Notes: a model not told the origin generated them from the letters alone. A DNA stretch of 64,000 nt from Squalus acanthias (GCA_030390025.1 CM059432.1:105340001-105404000); one strand, 5' to 3'. Numbered from the stretch's first letter, positions 12,355 through 24,383 are shown. A program made the numbers and translations.

Positions 12355-12710
12355 ACACTGCGCAGGCGCCGCGCTTGCCCTGAACTCCGGGATTTGTAGT
12401 CCTGCCTGAATTTATTCACGTCAACTGGAGCAAAAGGGAGCAGCACCGCGTGTATATCTCTAATTATAAATGCAAAAATCTCACAAATGCAAAAGCCTCG
12501 GGAAGCCTAAAAGCCGTCCAGCAACAATGCACTAACGCTTGTTAGGATGTTATGGTGATGAACTTCAATTCCCAGTGTGCTTTGTAATGTGAGCAGGTTG
12601 CTAAGGCTAAAGGCTGGCTCAGCAGGCTGTAATGTCATTGACAATTCAAGCAACCAATTACTGTTTAGTTATTTTAAGCATTTTACATTGCCAGCAATGA
12701 CGTGACCGAT
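12355..12710. promoter_or_regulatory. Probable bidirectional Pol II promoter
   Basis: NRF1-like TGCGCAGGCGC 12359-12369; ZNF143/SBS-like GGACTACAAATCCCGGAGTTC (minus, 12402-12382) and AACTTCAATTCCCAGTGTGC (plus, 12561-12580); CRE-like CACGTCA at about 12417 and TGACGTGA at about 12698; X-box-like GTTGCTAAGG 12597; CCAAT at about 12654; local CpGs retained in non-repeat DNA. Confidence 0.65.
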
Positions 12711-15072
12711 TTACAGAGTGGCAGTAAAACCTATCATCAAATTTTGTTTTTAAAGTGAATTGTGTCTTTTTGAAGCAAAAAAAGCAACTCATTAATCTGG
12801 ATTCAATTCTTCATAATTATTTTCTCAAAATTAAATTTTAATTTTATACTATTTTGAAATTATTTTAGAATAAATGTCTTTTGCATTTGGAGAAGCGGCA
12901 TCTTTAGCAATGGGGAGGGAGAAAAGCCTGATCAATCACGTCATTTATTTCTTAGTAATGTCATTTGAAAGCGATGTAATGACACGCTTTGACATGAATT
13001 CCATCGTTGTGTGAAGTTTTTGACTGTTGAAGCCTGTGCCTATTTGAACTTGATAACTAGCATAAACAGACACCAGATCTAGGAATATTGTAAAATGTTC
13101 TTTGTTCAGCTTTATGCTTCACAAATGCTACTTTTCTCACTCACACTGTTCATTATCAGTCACCTGGTGCACTAGGCAAGCATCTTAGATAACTTCCTGA
13201 AATTTTGAATGACTTTGGAATTCCAGGGTTAGTATCCAGGAAAATATAATCTATATCCCACAATGCGACGTACTCCCTCATTGATTAGCTACAAACATCA
13301 AGAGAAAAGCTTTCTTTCTGGATTTGGGAGCCAATACAGTTTATCTCTGGTACACAGTTAGGGCATCAAAATATATCATTTATGATTTGTTCTTACAGAT
13401 TGGTGAAAATAACTTTAAATATTTGTAGCTGATCTCCTGTGCTTTTGAAAACAAGAACTTTTATACAGTATTTGTATAGCACCTTTTACATCCACAGGAG
13501 GTCCCAAAGCGTTTCATAGTCAATTAGTTATTTTTTAAGTGTAGTCTCTGTTGTTTCATAAGCAAACATGGCAGCCAATTTGCACACCTCAAACAGCAGT
13601 AAGATTGCTCACTGATTTTTATTGATAGGGCCCTTACTTCACCCAGCCACTGCTCTTGGATGGTGCTCAGAAAGCCATGATTGGAAGAAGTGTCTTCACT
13701 CTCTCCCAGTGTTCTGCCTCAAGTCATTCTCGCTCCAGGAACATATTCTCTGCCTCTCTCATTGATATTACTTCAGTTCATAATTCCTCTCCATTCCATA
13801 ACTGAATTATGATTCCATTTGATGTATGCTCATACTTGGATTGGTTGCTTTTCTGCATTTGTTTTCTTCTACTGTGGTTCAAAAATAATGAATTAAAATC
13901 AGGAATTCAGGTGGCTAGTCTATCACTCAGTGGCGCCTCTGACGATCAGGACTCAGCTCAATGGCTTGCGTATGCTTGGGAGGCATTGAGTGTTCAGGAT
14001 GTTTAGGCGCCTGGAGGTGTGTGGCATGGTGCTTGTGGAAAGTTGTTGAAGCCAAGTTTATGGTTAAGTTTCTGAATTTCTTATCGGATGAAATTTATTT
14101 CAATGGGTGTATTTACCATAATGCTTTTTTGCTGGAAAGTAATTGTTTAGAAGTTTTTTTTTTAGGGAGAAAATTAAAAGTGGGAAGAAAGGTGTTACAG
14201 AATGTAATTGGTTATTTTCTACTTCTGTTATTAAAGGAGAAATATACAGAGGGGTCAAAATCTATGATCCTCCTACTGTAACTTTGGTAGGACTGTGGCA
14301 GTAGAGCCCTAAATTAGGCCAGGACCTGGATATACTAGGTCCTGGCTTTCCCTGGGAGTTTCTGCAGGGCCTTGTAAGGGGCAGAGCCTCTGCTCACTCC
14401 AAACAAGGTCAATAACATAGGAGGGGACGTGGCTCAGAATGGGGACTTCCAGGCTGGGTGTTTCCTTTTTCCTGGCCTAGTAAAAGAGCAGCCAGTGCAC
14501 CAAGTGGGACCAGGTATACTCACCTGTCCAACAACAGAAGTCATGCTCACTTCCATGGTACAAACCTGCAACATAGTCTGGATCCCTGTAGATTCGGTCA
14601 CTGTCTGGTTATGTTTCTAGGGGCACAAGCTGTTTAGCGTCAAAGGTCATCAACATGCAGATCCTGGCATTTACGTCAGGATCAAAGGCCTGAACCGAGA
14701 GGACTTTTGGGCCCAGAGTCCTAAACATTTAAATGAGGAAGAAGAAAATCAAATAATGGCTCAGCATGCACAAAAGCACAAGAAATGTATTTATAATGAT
14801 GAACTGTCTAGGTGAACTTTAGGATGAAAACACTTCCATTCCTCAGTGTTACAAAGTTAGCAATGTTACAGAAACAAAAATGATGCAAGATTTAGGCCAT
14901 TTTGAAATTTTCATTATGCAATTCTTATTTTTTTCTGCCATAGTTTTTTAAAATAAACTTTTAGTTCCACCTCTTCAGGAAGTCAGTGCTTTGCAATATC
15001 ATGCAGTACAAAATAGTTTTGTGTGAAAAAAAATTGCACCAGCTCATTTGCAGACCTACTTTTTATGTTGAG

Positions 15073-15167
15073 GCTCGGGAGCAGATTTTCCTGTTCCTGC
15101 ATCTGGTGGTATTGGATTGCCTGGCTTCAGTGATGACAGGAAAATCAGGCAGGGAGGTGCACCATCT
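15073..15167 (+). other. Candidate exon of a plus-strand gene (open frame SGADFPVPASGGIGLPGFSDDRKIRQGGAPS; could also be 5' UTR)
   Basis: Donor TCT|GTAAGT at 15168; acceptor tttttatgttgag is weak and the 5' boundary is uncertain. Confidence 0.35.
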
Positions 15168-15245
15168 GTAAGTGAGCCTACTAAGGTGGGTGAGGAAGAG
15201 CACACATCTGTAAGTGAGCCTACTAAGATGGGTGAGGAAGAGCAC
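15158..15245. repeat. Left part of a 42-bp minisatellite (about 2 units), split by a CR1 insertion
   Basis: Same unit as 21259-21827. Confidence 0.9.
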
Positions 15246-16364
15246 CAACGATATAGGTAAAAAAGGGGATGAGGTCCTAAAAGCAGAATATAGGGAGTCA
15301 GGAGGTAAATTAAAAAATAGGACCTCAAAGGTAGTAATCTCAGGATTGCTACCAGTGCCACGTGCTAGTCAGAGTAGAAATAGGAGGATATTTCAAATGA
15401 ATACGTGGCTAGAGGAATGGTGCAAGGGGGAGGGATTCAAAATTCCTGGGACATTGGAACCGGTTCTGGGGGAGGTGGGACCAGTACAAACCGGACGGTC
15501 TGCACCTGGGCAGGGCCGGGACCGCTGTCCTAGGGGGAGTGTTTGCTAGTGCTGTTGGGGAGGGTTTAAACTAAAGTGGCAGGGGGTTGGGCACCTGAGC
15601 AGGGAGACAGAGGAAAGCGTGTCAGGAAGGGACAGAAGGTATGGAGTAAAAGGTAAAGTGTTAAAAAAGGAAAAAGCAGGAACTAAGTGTCACAAAACAT
15701 ATTTGAAAGTTCTTTATCTGAATGCACGTAGCATTCGTAACAAAATGGACGAGTTAACGGCACAAATAACTACATATGGGTATGATCTTGTGGCCATTAC
15801 AGAAACATGGCTGTAGGGTGACAATGACTGGGAATTAAATATGCCAGGGTATTTAACAATCAGGAAGGACAGGCAGGAAGGAAGGGGAGGTGGGGTGGCT
15901 ATGTTAATAAAGGAAGGAATCACTGTAATACAGAGAAATGATATTGGGTCAAAGGATCAGGATAATGAAACAGTTTGGGTGGAGATAAGGAATAATAAGG
16001 GGGAAAAAACACTAGTGGGAGTAGTATATAGGCCTCCTAATAGTTGCAACTCTGCTGGAAGAAGTATTAATCAGGAAATAGTTGGGGCATGTAATAAGGG
16101 AACAGCTATAATTATGGGGGATTTTAACTATCATATTAAGTGGACAAATCAAATTGGGCAGGGCAGCCTTGAGGAAGAGTTTATTGAGTGTATTAGGGAT
16201 GGATTTCTTGAGCAGTATGTAACTGATCCTATAAGGGGGCAAGCAACCTTGGACCTGGTCCTGTGTAATGAGTCAGGATTAATTAAAAATGTCCTAGTTA
16301 AGGATCCCCTTGGAATGAGTGACCATAACATGGTTGAATTCCATATCCAAATAGAGGGTGAGAA

Positions 16365-18497
16365 GGCCTGACCTTCATCCCCTTACGCCCCCATCTCAAT
16401 GAATTTCGAGCTCGGCACGATGCTGAGCTCTTTTTCCGCCGCCTCCGTCTCCGTGCCCACTTCTCTGGCCAGGAGTCTTCCCCCCGCACGGCTGACCCTT
16501 TCTCCCGCTTTCAGAATTCTCGTTCCACCTGGACCCCTCCCTCTGGCCTCTTACCCTCTCTAGATCTTTTCATTGCTAACTGCCGCTGTGACACCGGCCA
16601 GCTCAATTTCTCTGCTCCCCTCACTCACTCCAACCTACCTCCCTCTGAACTTGCAGCACTCCATTCTCTCCGATCCAACCCTGACATTGTCATTAAACCT
16701 GCTGACAAGGGTGGCGCTGTTGTTGTTTGGCGAACCGACCTCTACCTAGCGGAAGTTGAACGCCAACTCTCTGACACCTCCTCCTACCTCCACCTGGACC
16801 ATGACCCCACTACTGAACATCAAGCCACCGTGTCCAAGACCGTCACTGACCTCATCTCCTCTGGAGATCTTCCCCCCACGGCCGCCAACCTCATAGTTCC
16901 CCAACCGCGCACAGCCCGCTTCTACCTCCTTCCCAAGATCCACAAACAGGACTGCCCCGGTAGACCCATCGTTTCAGCCTGTTCTTGCCCCACGGAACTT
17001 ATCTCTTCCTATCTCGACTCTATTTTTTCTCCCCTTGTCCAGTCTCTTCCCACCTACATCCGCGACTCTTCCGATGCCCTCCGCCATTTTAACAGTTTCC
17101 AGTTTCCCGGCCCCAACCGTCTCCTCTTCACTATGGACGTACAATCCCTCTACACCTCCATTCCCCACCAGGATGGCCTGAGGGCGCTCCGCTTCTTCCT
17201 TGAACAGAGGCCCAACCAGTCCCCATCCACCACCACCCTCCTCCGCCTGGCTGAACTTGTTCTCACATTGAACAAGTTCTCCTTTGACTCTACCCATTTC
17301 CTCCAAATTAAAGGTGTTGCTATGGGTACCCGCATGGGTCCTAGCTATGCCTGCCTTTTCGTGGGATATGTGGAACACTCTTTGTTCCAGTCCTACTCGG
17401 GTCCCCTCCCTCACCTCTTTTTCCGGTACATTGATGACTGTATCGGTGCCGTCTCCTGCTCTCGCCCTGAACTAGAACATTTCATTCACTATGCTTCCAA
17501 TTTCCACCCTTCCCTCACCTTCACATGGTCCATCTCCGACTCTTCCCTTCCCTTCCTCGACTTCTCCATCTCCATCTCTGGGGATAGGTTATTGACTAAC
17601 ATTCACTACAAGCCCACTGACTCCCACAGCTACCTGGACTACACTTCCTCCCACCCCGCCTCCTGTAAGGACTCTATTCCATTCTCCCAGTTTCTCCGTT
17701 TCCACCGCATCTGCTCTGATGATGCCACCTTCCATACCAGTGCTTCCGACATGTCTTCCTTTTTCCTCAACCGAGGATTCCCCTCTACCGTGGTTGACAC
17801 GGCCCTCGACCGTGTCCGTTCTATCTCCCGCACTTCTGCCCTCACCCCTGCCCCTCCCTCCCGGAACCACGATAGGGTTCCCCTTGTCCTCACCTTTCAC
17901 CCCACCAGCCTTCACATTCAACGGATCATCCTCCGCCATTTCCGCCACCTCCAGCATGATCCCACCACCAAACACATCTTCCCCTCACCTCCCCTTTCAG
18001 CATTCCGCAGGGACCGCTCCCTCCGCGACACCCTAGTCCACTCCTCTACCACCCCCAGCACCCCTTCCCCTTCGCCCGGCACCTTCCCGTGCAGGCGCAG
18101 GAGATGCAACACATGCCCTTACACCTCCCCTCTTCCCACTGTCCAGGGCCCCAAACACCCCTTCCAGGTGAAACAGCGATTTACTTGTACTTCCTGCAAT
18201 TTAGTATACTGTATTCGCTGCTCACGATGTGGTCTCCTCTACATTGGGGAGACCAAACGCAGATTGGGTGACCGCTTTGCGGAACACCTCCGTTCAGTCC
18301 GTAAGGGTGACCCCGAGCTCCCGGTGGCCTGTCACTTTAATTCACCGCTTCACTCCCACTCTGACCTCACCGTCCTCGGCCTATTACACTGTTCCACGGA
18401 AGCGCAGCGTAAGCTCGAGGAACAGCACCTCATCTTTCGTTTAGGCACGCTACAGCCCTCTGGACTCAATATCGAGTTCAACAATTTTAGATCATAA
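16365..18497 (+). CDS. Penelope RT + GIY-YIG endonuclease; open frame of about 710 codons from the truncation point (no native start)
   Basis: KPADKG, YLLPKIHK, GVAMG, RYIDD, Cys linker CRRRRCNTC, VYCIRC...YIGET...RFAEH; frame open upstream of listed ORF 16830. Confidence 0.9.
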   Translation, partial: GLTFIPLRPHLNEFRARHDAELFFRRLRLRAHFSGQESSPRTADPFSRFQNSRSTWTPPSGLLPSLDLFIANCRCDTGQLNFSAPLTHSNLPPSELAALHSLRSNPDIVIKPADKGGAVVVWRTDLYLAEVERQLSDTSSYLHLDHDPTTEHQATVSKTVTDLISSGDLPPTAANLIVPQPRTARFYLLPKIHKQDCPGRPIVSACSCPTELISSYLDSIFSPLVQSLPTYIRDSSDALRHFNSFQFPGPNRLLFTMDVQSLYTSIPHQDGLRALRFFLEQRPNQSPSTTTLLRLAELVLTLNKFSFDSTHFLQIKGVAMGTRMGPSYACLFVGYVEHSLFQSYSGPLPHLFFRYIDDCIGAVSCSRPELEHFIHYASNFHPSLTFTWSISDSSLPFLDFSISISGDRLLTNIHYKPTDSHSYLDYTSSHPASCKDSIPFSQFLRFHRICSDDATFHTSASDMSSFFLNRGFPSTVVDTALDRVRSISRTSALTPAPPSRNHDRVPLVLTFHPTSLHIQRIILRHFRHLQHDPTTKHIFPSPPLSAFRRDRSLRDTLVHSSTTPSTPSPSPGTFPCRRRRCNTCPYTSPLPTVQGPKHPFQVKQRFTCTSCNLVYCIRCSRCGLLYIGETKRRLGDRFAEHLRSVRKGDPELPVACHFNSPLHSHSDLTVLGLLHCSTEAQRKLEEQHLIFRLGTLQPSGLNIEFNNFRS

Positions 18498-18912
18498 CCT
18501 CAGCTCCAATCACATTTATATTTTATTTTTTCCACCCTTTTATTTGCCCCCCCCCCCACCTTTTTTTTTCCACCTAGAAGCTGGCAGCTGTTCTTCATTC
18601 TGCCAGTGGATTTCACACTTCTTTCAGCCTTAATCTGTCACATTAACACCACCTCTAGCCTTGCATATCTCTTAATGTCTCTTAATGTCTCTTCATCTCC
18701 CCCTTTGTTCTTTTATCCCCTCCCCCTTTTCCCAGCTTTACTCTGGCCTTAAATCTATTTGATTTCCGGCTCTTCACAGTTCTGACGAAAGGTCATCGAC
18801 CTGAAACGTTAACTCTCTTTCTCTCTCCACGGATGCTGCCTGGCCTGCTGAGTTTTTCCAGCGTTTTCTGTTGTTATTTCAGATTTCCAGCATCCGCAGT
18901 ATTTTGCTATCG
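16367..18912 (+). mobile_element. Penelope-like element (Neptune-type), 5'-truncated, young
   Basis: 15-bp TSD TAGAGGGTGAGAAGG at 16352-16366 and 18913-18927; CR1 frame resumes after it. Confidence 0.95.
18777..18815 (+). ncRNA. Minimal type I hammerhead ribozyme motif
   Basis: agtt-CTGACGA-a-aggtc(atc)gacct-GAAA-cg-TT-aact: core boxes, stem II, palindromic stem III (ACGT), stem I agtt/aact. Confidence 0.8.
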
Positions 18913-21258
18913 TAGAGGGTGAGAAGGTTGGTTCTCAAACAAGCGTACTGAGCTTGAATAAAGGAGACTATGATGGCATGAGAGCGGAATTGATTAAAGT
19001 GGACTGGGAAAATAGATTAAAGGGTAAGACGGTACATGAGCAGTGGTGTTCATTTAAGGAGTTATTTTACAACTTTCAAAAAATATATATTCCACTGAGG
19101 AAAAAAGGGTGTAAAAGAAATGACAGCCATCCGTGGCTAAGTAAAGAAATTAAGGATAGTATCCGACTAAAAACAAGGACATATAAGGTAGCCAAACTTA
19201 GTGGGAGGATAGAAGATTGGGAAGTCTTCAAAAGACAGCAAAAAGTAACTAAAGGATTGATTAAGAAAGGGAAGATAGATTATGAAAATAAATTAGCAAA
19301 AAATATAAAAACAGATAGCAAGAGTTTCTATAGTTATATAAAAAGAAAAAGGGTGGTTAAGGCAAACGTAGGTCCCTTAGAGGATGAGACCGGGAAATTA
19401 ATGGTGGGAAACATGGAGATGGCAAAAATGCTGAACAAATATTTTGTTTCAGTCTTTACGGTAGAGGACACTAAGAATATCCCAACACTGGACAAACAGG
19501 GGGCTCTAGGGGGGGAGGAACTAAATATGATTAAAATCACTAAGGGATTGGTACTCAGTAAAATAATGGGACTCAAGGCGGATAAATCCCCTGGACCTGA
19601 TGGCTTACATCCTAGGGACTTGAGGGAAGTGGCAGTAGGGATTGTGGATGCTTTGGTAATAATTTTCCAAAATTCCCTCGACTCAGCAAAGGTCCCAGCA
19701 GATTGGAAACTGCTAATGTAACACCCTTATTTAAAAAGGGTAGTAGGCAGAAGGCTGGAAATTATAGACCAGTTAGCCTAAATCTGTGGTGGGTAAAATT
19801 TTGGAGTCTATTATTAAGGAGACAGTAACGGAACATTTAGATAAACATAATTTAATAGGACAAAGTCAGCATGGCTTTATGAAGGGGAAGTCATGTCTGA
19901 CAAATTTGTTTGAGTTCTTTGAGGACAAAACGTACAGGGTGGATAAAGGGGAACCAGTGGATGTAGTGTATTTAGACTTCCAGAAGGAATTCGACAAGGT
20001 GCCACATAAAAGATTATTGCTCAAGATAAAACATCACTGGATTGGGGGTAATATTCTGGCATGGGTGGAGGATTGGTTATCTAACAGGAAGCAGAGAGTT
20101 GGGATAAATGGTTCATTCTCGGACTGGCAACCAGTAGCCAGTGGTGTTCCGCAGGGGTCGGTGCTGGGTCCCCAACTCTTTACAATCTATATTAACGATT
20201 TGGAGGAGGGGACCGAGTGTAACATATCAAAGTTTGCAGATGATACAAAGATGGGAGGGAAAGTAGAAAGTGAGGAGGACATAAAATACCTACAAGGGGA
20301 TATAGACAGGCTGGGTGAGTGGGCGGAGATTTGGCAGATGCAATACAATATTGGAAAATGTGAGGTTATGCACTTTGGCAGGAAAAATCAGAGAGCAAGT
20401 TATTATCTTAATGGCGAGAAACTGGAAAGTATTGCAGTACAAAGGGATCTGGGGGTCCTAGTGCAAGAAAATCAAAAAGTTAGTATGCAGGTGCAGCAGG
20501 TGATCAAGAAGGCCAACGGAATGTTGGCTTTTATTGCTAGGGGGATAGATTATAAAAACAGGGAGGTATTGCTGCAGTTATATATGGTATTGGAGATGCC
20601 GCACCTGGAATACTGCATACAGTTTTGGTGTCCATACTTAAGAAAAGACATACTTGCTCTCGAGGCAGTACAAAGAAGGTTCACTCGGTTAATCCCGGGG
20701 ATGAGGGGGTGGACATATGAGGAGAGGTTGAGTAGATTGGGACTCTACTCATTGGAGTTCAGAAGAATGAGAGGCGATCTTATTGAAACATATAAGATTG
20801 TGAAGGGGCTTGATCGGGTGGATGCGGTAAGGATGTTCCCAAGGATGGGTGAAACTAGAACTAGGGGGCATAATCTTAGAATAAGGGGCTGCTCTTTCAA
20901 AACTGAGGAGAAACTTCTTCACTCAGAGGGTAGTAGGTCTGTGGAATTTGCTGCCCCAGGAAGCTGTGGAAGCTACATCATTAAATAAATTTAAAATAGA
21001 AATAGACAGTTTCCTAGAAGTAAAGGGAATTAGGGGTTACGGGGAGCGGGCAGGAAATTGGACATGAGGCTGAGTTCAGATCGGTCAAGGCCCTGTGGGT
21101 GGCAGAGCGGGCCCAGGGGCTGAGTGGCCGGGTCCTGCTCCTACTTCTTGTGTTCTTTAGATTTGAGGTTAGGATCAGATCAGCCATGATCTTATTGAAT
21201 GGCGGAGCAGGCTCGAGGGGCCGATTGGCCTACTCCTGCTCCTATTTCTTATGTTCTT

Positions 21259-21827
21259 AGCACACATCTGTAAATGAGCCTAACAAGATGGGTGAGGAAG
21301 AGCACACATCTGTGAATGAGCCTACTAAGATGGGTGAGGAAGAGCACACATCTGTAAGTGAGCCGACTAAGATGGGTGAGGAAGAGCACACATCTGTAAG
21401 TGAGCCTACTAAGATGGGTGAGGAAGAGCACCCATCTGTAAATGAGCCTACTAAGATGGGTGAGGAAGAGCACACATCTGTAAATGAGCCTGCTAAGATG
21501 GGTGAGGAAGAGCACACATCTGTAAATGAGCCTACTAAGATGGGTGAGGAAGAGCACACATCTGTGAATGAGCCTACTAAGATGGGTGAGGAAGAGCACA
21601 CATCTGTATGTGAGCTGACTAAGATGGGTGAGGAAGAGCACACATCTGTAAGTGAGCCTACTAAGATGGGTGAGGAAGAGCACCCATCTGTAAATGAGCC
21701 TACTAAGATGGGTGAGGAAGAGCACCCATCTGTAAATGAGCCTACTAAGATGGGTGAGGAAGAGCACACATCTGTAAATGAGCCTACTAAGATGGGTGAG
21801 GAAGAGCACACATCTGTAAGTGAGCCT
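21259..21827. repeat. 42-bp minisatellite (AGCACACATCTGTAARTGAGCCTACTAAGATGGGTGAGGAAG), about 13.5 copies
   Basis: Tandem unit read directly from the sequence. Confidence 0.95.
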
Positions 21828-22099
21828 GCGCAATTTTCTTTCCATTTAAATTCCCTGTACTCACTGCACCCAGACAATCCAATAGCCCAGGTTCAGGAAC
21901 TTAACCGTAGCACATCATGTTTAAAATTGCCACCAATCCCATAGTCATCTCACCGCGGTGGAACTTCACGGCATCAAAGCAAATGAAAATCTTTCTTCTG
22001 AGTTGCTTCTCACCAGCAGTTTAAAGCGTTAAACAAAGTAATAAAGAACCCGGGGGAATAACTGCGCAGTTAGCAGCTTTTATAATATTTATGCTGTTG

Positions 22100-22350
22100 C
22101 TGCCTAATGGCTCAGTTGGTAAAGGCATCGATACAGAGTAGGAGGTCCCAGGCTTGATTCTACATCTGTGCCAAGTTATCTTAACTAAGCCAGGATACAT
22201 GTAGGGACATTACAATATGCTTCAGTGGCCCTGACCTAGTTAAAAGGAAAAACAGCTTATTGGAGCTCAATCAGGGCTCCATTCCTGCTCAATATCCAGT
22301 GGTCCAGCTAGAAAACGTAGATATTGGATGAGGACACGGTAAGGACAATT
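22100..22350 (+). mobile_element. Old tRNA-derived SINE remnant
   Basis: A-box-like TGGCTCAGTTGG at about 22108 and a decayed B-box-like segment. Confidence 0.4.
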
Positions 22351-22753
22351 TATATATATACGTATAGGCTTTTGTGGCAATTCAGTTAAACACAGATTGT
22401 GTTATGGTTGTCTTTGGGACATAATGAAGAAATTGTGTTTAATCAATCTGTAAACAAATTAAATGAATATTTCCAGAGTTTTTGTACCTCAAGTAGATGT
22501 CACAGTGTCATTATTCCAATTTAGGTGGTGCTAAATATTCTAGTAAAAAAATGAGGTATTGTCTTGAATTGCCATCATCTTCCTCTCATAAAAAAATGAT
22601 CTCTGTAACTATGTAAAATGTAACAGCTAGGGAAAATCCTTGTAAAATCACAAATTTTCTTGTAAAAATGTATTTTACTGTCATGTGACTGTTTTACAAC
22701 AGAGTACTTCCATTATAATATTGCAAAACAAACACTATTTTAAGTAACACCAG

Positions 22754-22838
22754 CTGGCTGGGCAAAAAATGGAAGATTACTGTAGGGCAAGACTCAACAG
22801 CAGGAGGAAAATGTATCAATTCAAACAGAAGGAAATTG
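22754..22838 (+). other. Weak candidate exon
   Basis: Donor TTG|GTAAGA at 22839; possible acceptors caccag or ctgtag; open frames. Confidence 0.2.
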
Positions 22839-23876
22839 GTAAGAACAATAAAAGATAGACATCTTATGACACAAAACAGCATAGTAGGGGAATACAAATG
22901 TAAAAAATAATATTTAACAGTGATAGTGGCATTTGCTTTGCAAGACTCATTTGGCAAGTTGTAAATGTCAAAGTTAATGTACAGCGAAACACCATATAGA
23001 TTTAAACACAAAACAGATGGTTGATAACATGTATTTTTTTGTTTAAACTTTCATAGAATTTTACTTCTTTAGATAGGTCAACAGTTCAATCACATATAAC
23101 AATATTAAGATAACAAAAGAAACACATACAAACCAATAACCTGTATCTGCAGTAGACACAGATGGAGGAATGGGAATGAAAAAAAGTTAAAATAAATTCA
23201 AAATACAAGAATTGAGGGTGGAGCATTGCTGAGAAAAGCAAAGACAAATCAAAATTTGGAGGGGCATCCATTAAATCAGTCTTCTGTGCCTATGTCCAAA
23301 GGCATGGACATATACTCAGCATTATTCCACATTGATGAAAAAACAGCAAAAAAAACATATATGTTGGTCAAAGTGTGATTTTCACACAACATGCAATTGT
23401 TCAGATAGGTGGAACACAATCTGTGTCTATTTTTGGTGGCATTAAAGTTGGGACTTCAACTAAATACTTTTCTATCATATAATGTTTGTTTATTTTGAAT
23501 AGTCTGGGGGTTTGTTCATTAAGTTCCCTTTTGTAACCTTACATCCTAGGGTTTTAAAAGAGGTAACTAATGAGATAGTGGATGCTTTGGTTTTGATCTT
23601 CCAGAATTCCTTAGATTCTAGAACGGTCCCCGCGGATTGGAAAGTAGCAATTCAAGAAAGGAGGGAGAGAGAAATCAGGAAACTGTAGACCAGTTAGCCT
23701 GACATCAGTAGTAGGGAAAATGTTAGAATCTATTATTAGGGACGTGGTAACAGGACACTTAGAAAATCATAATATGAGTCAAAAGCAAAATACTGCGGAT
23801 GCTGGTAAACTGAAATAAAAACAGAAAATGCTGGAAATACTCAGCAGGTCAGGCAGCATCTGTGGAGAGAGAAACA

Positions 23877-23915
23877 GAGTTAACGTTTCAGGTCGATGAC
23901 CCTTCGTCAGAACTG
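23877..23915 (-). ncRNA. Minimal hammerhead ribozyme motif
   Basis: Reverse complement reads agtt-CTGACGA-agggtcatcgacct-GAAA-cgTT-aact. Confidence 0.75.
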
Positions 23916-24383
23916 GAAAAAGTTAGAGATGTACCAGATTTTAAGCAAGTGCAGGGAAAGGGAAAGTGTGGAGGGGAGGAAAGAACAAAAGGGAAGGTCT
24001 GTGATAGAGTGGAAGGCAGGAGTGATTAAATGACAAAAAGTATGATTGTACAAACGTAAGCTTGAGGAACAGCACCGATTAGGCACTTTACAGCCTTCTG
24101 GACTCAACATCGAGTTCAACAATTTTAGACCATAACCTCTACCGTTATTTTTTTAGATGGCAGCTGTTGATGATTCTGCCATTCCCATTTACACCTCTTC
24201 TAGACTCATCTTCTGTTTCTTTACTTGTCCCATTACCATCTCCTTTTGCTTTGTACAATCATACCTTTTGTCATTTAATCATTCCTGCCTTCTGCCCTAT
24301 CACAGACCTTCCCTTGTGTTCTTTCCTCCCCCCTTTCCCTGCCCCTGCACTTGCTTAAAATCTGGTACATCTCTAACTTTTTC

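Larger units (their letters stand above)
15246..21258 (+). mobile_element. Long CR1 LINE (partial ORF1 SGNH esterase, ORF2 EN-RT with stops and frameshifts), interrupted by a Penelope element
   Basis: ORF1 (G)TNDIG...DGLH; EN LNARSIRNK, GDFN, SDHN; RT GVPQGSVLGP, FADD; tail ttcttatgttctt; AGCAC repeated at both junctions (15241-15245, 21259-21263). Confidence 0.93.

Noticed and set aside
21249..21944. Repetitive ORFs (MGEEEHTSVNEPTK)n and their antisense equivalents
   Set aside because: By-product of a 42-bp (multiple of 3) minisatellite; no independent gene signals
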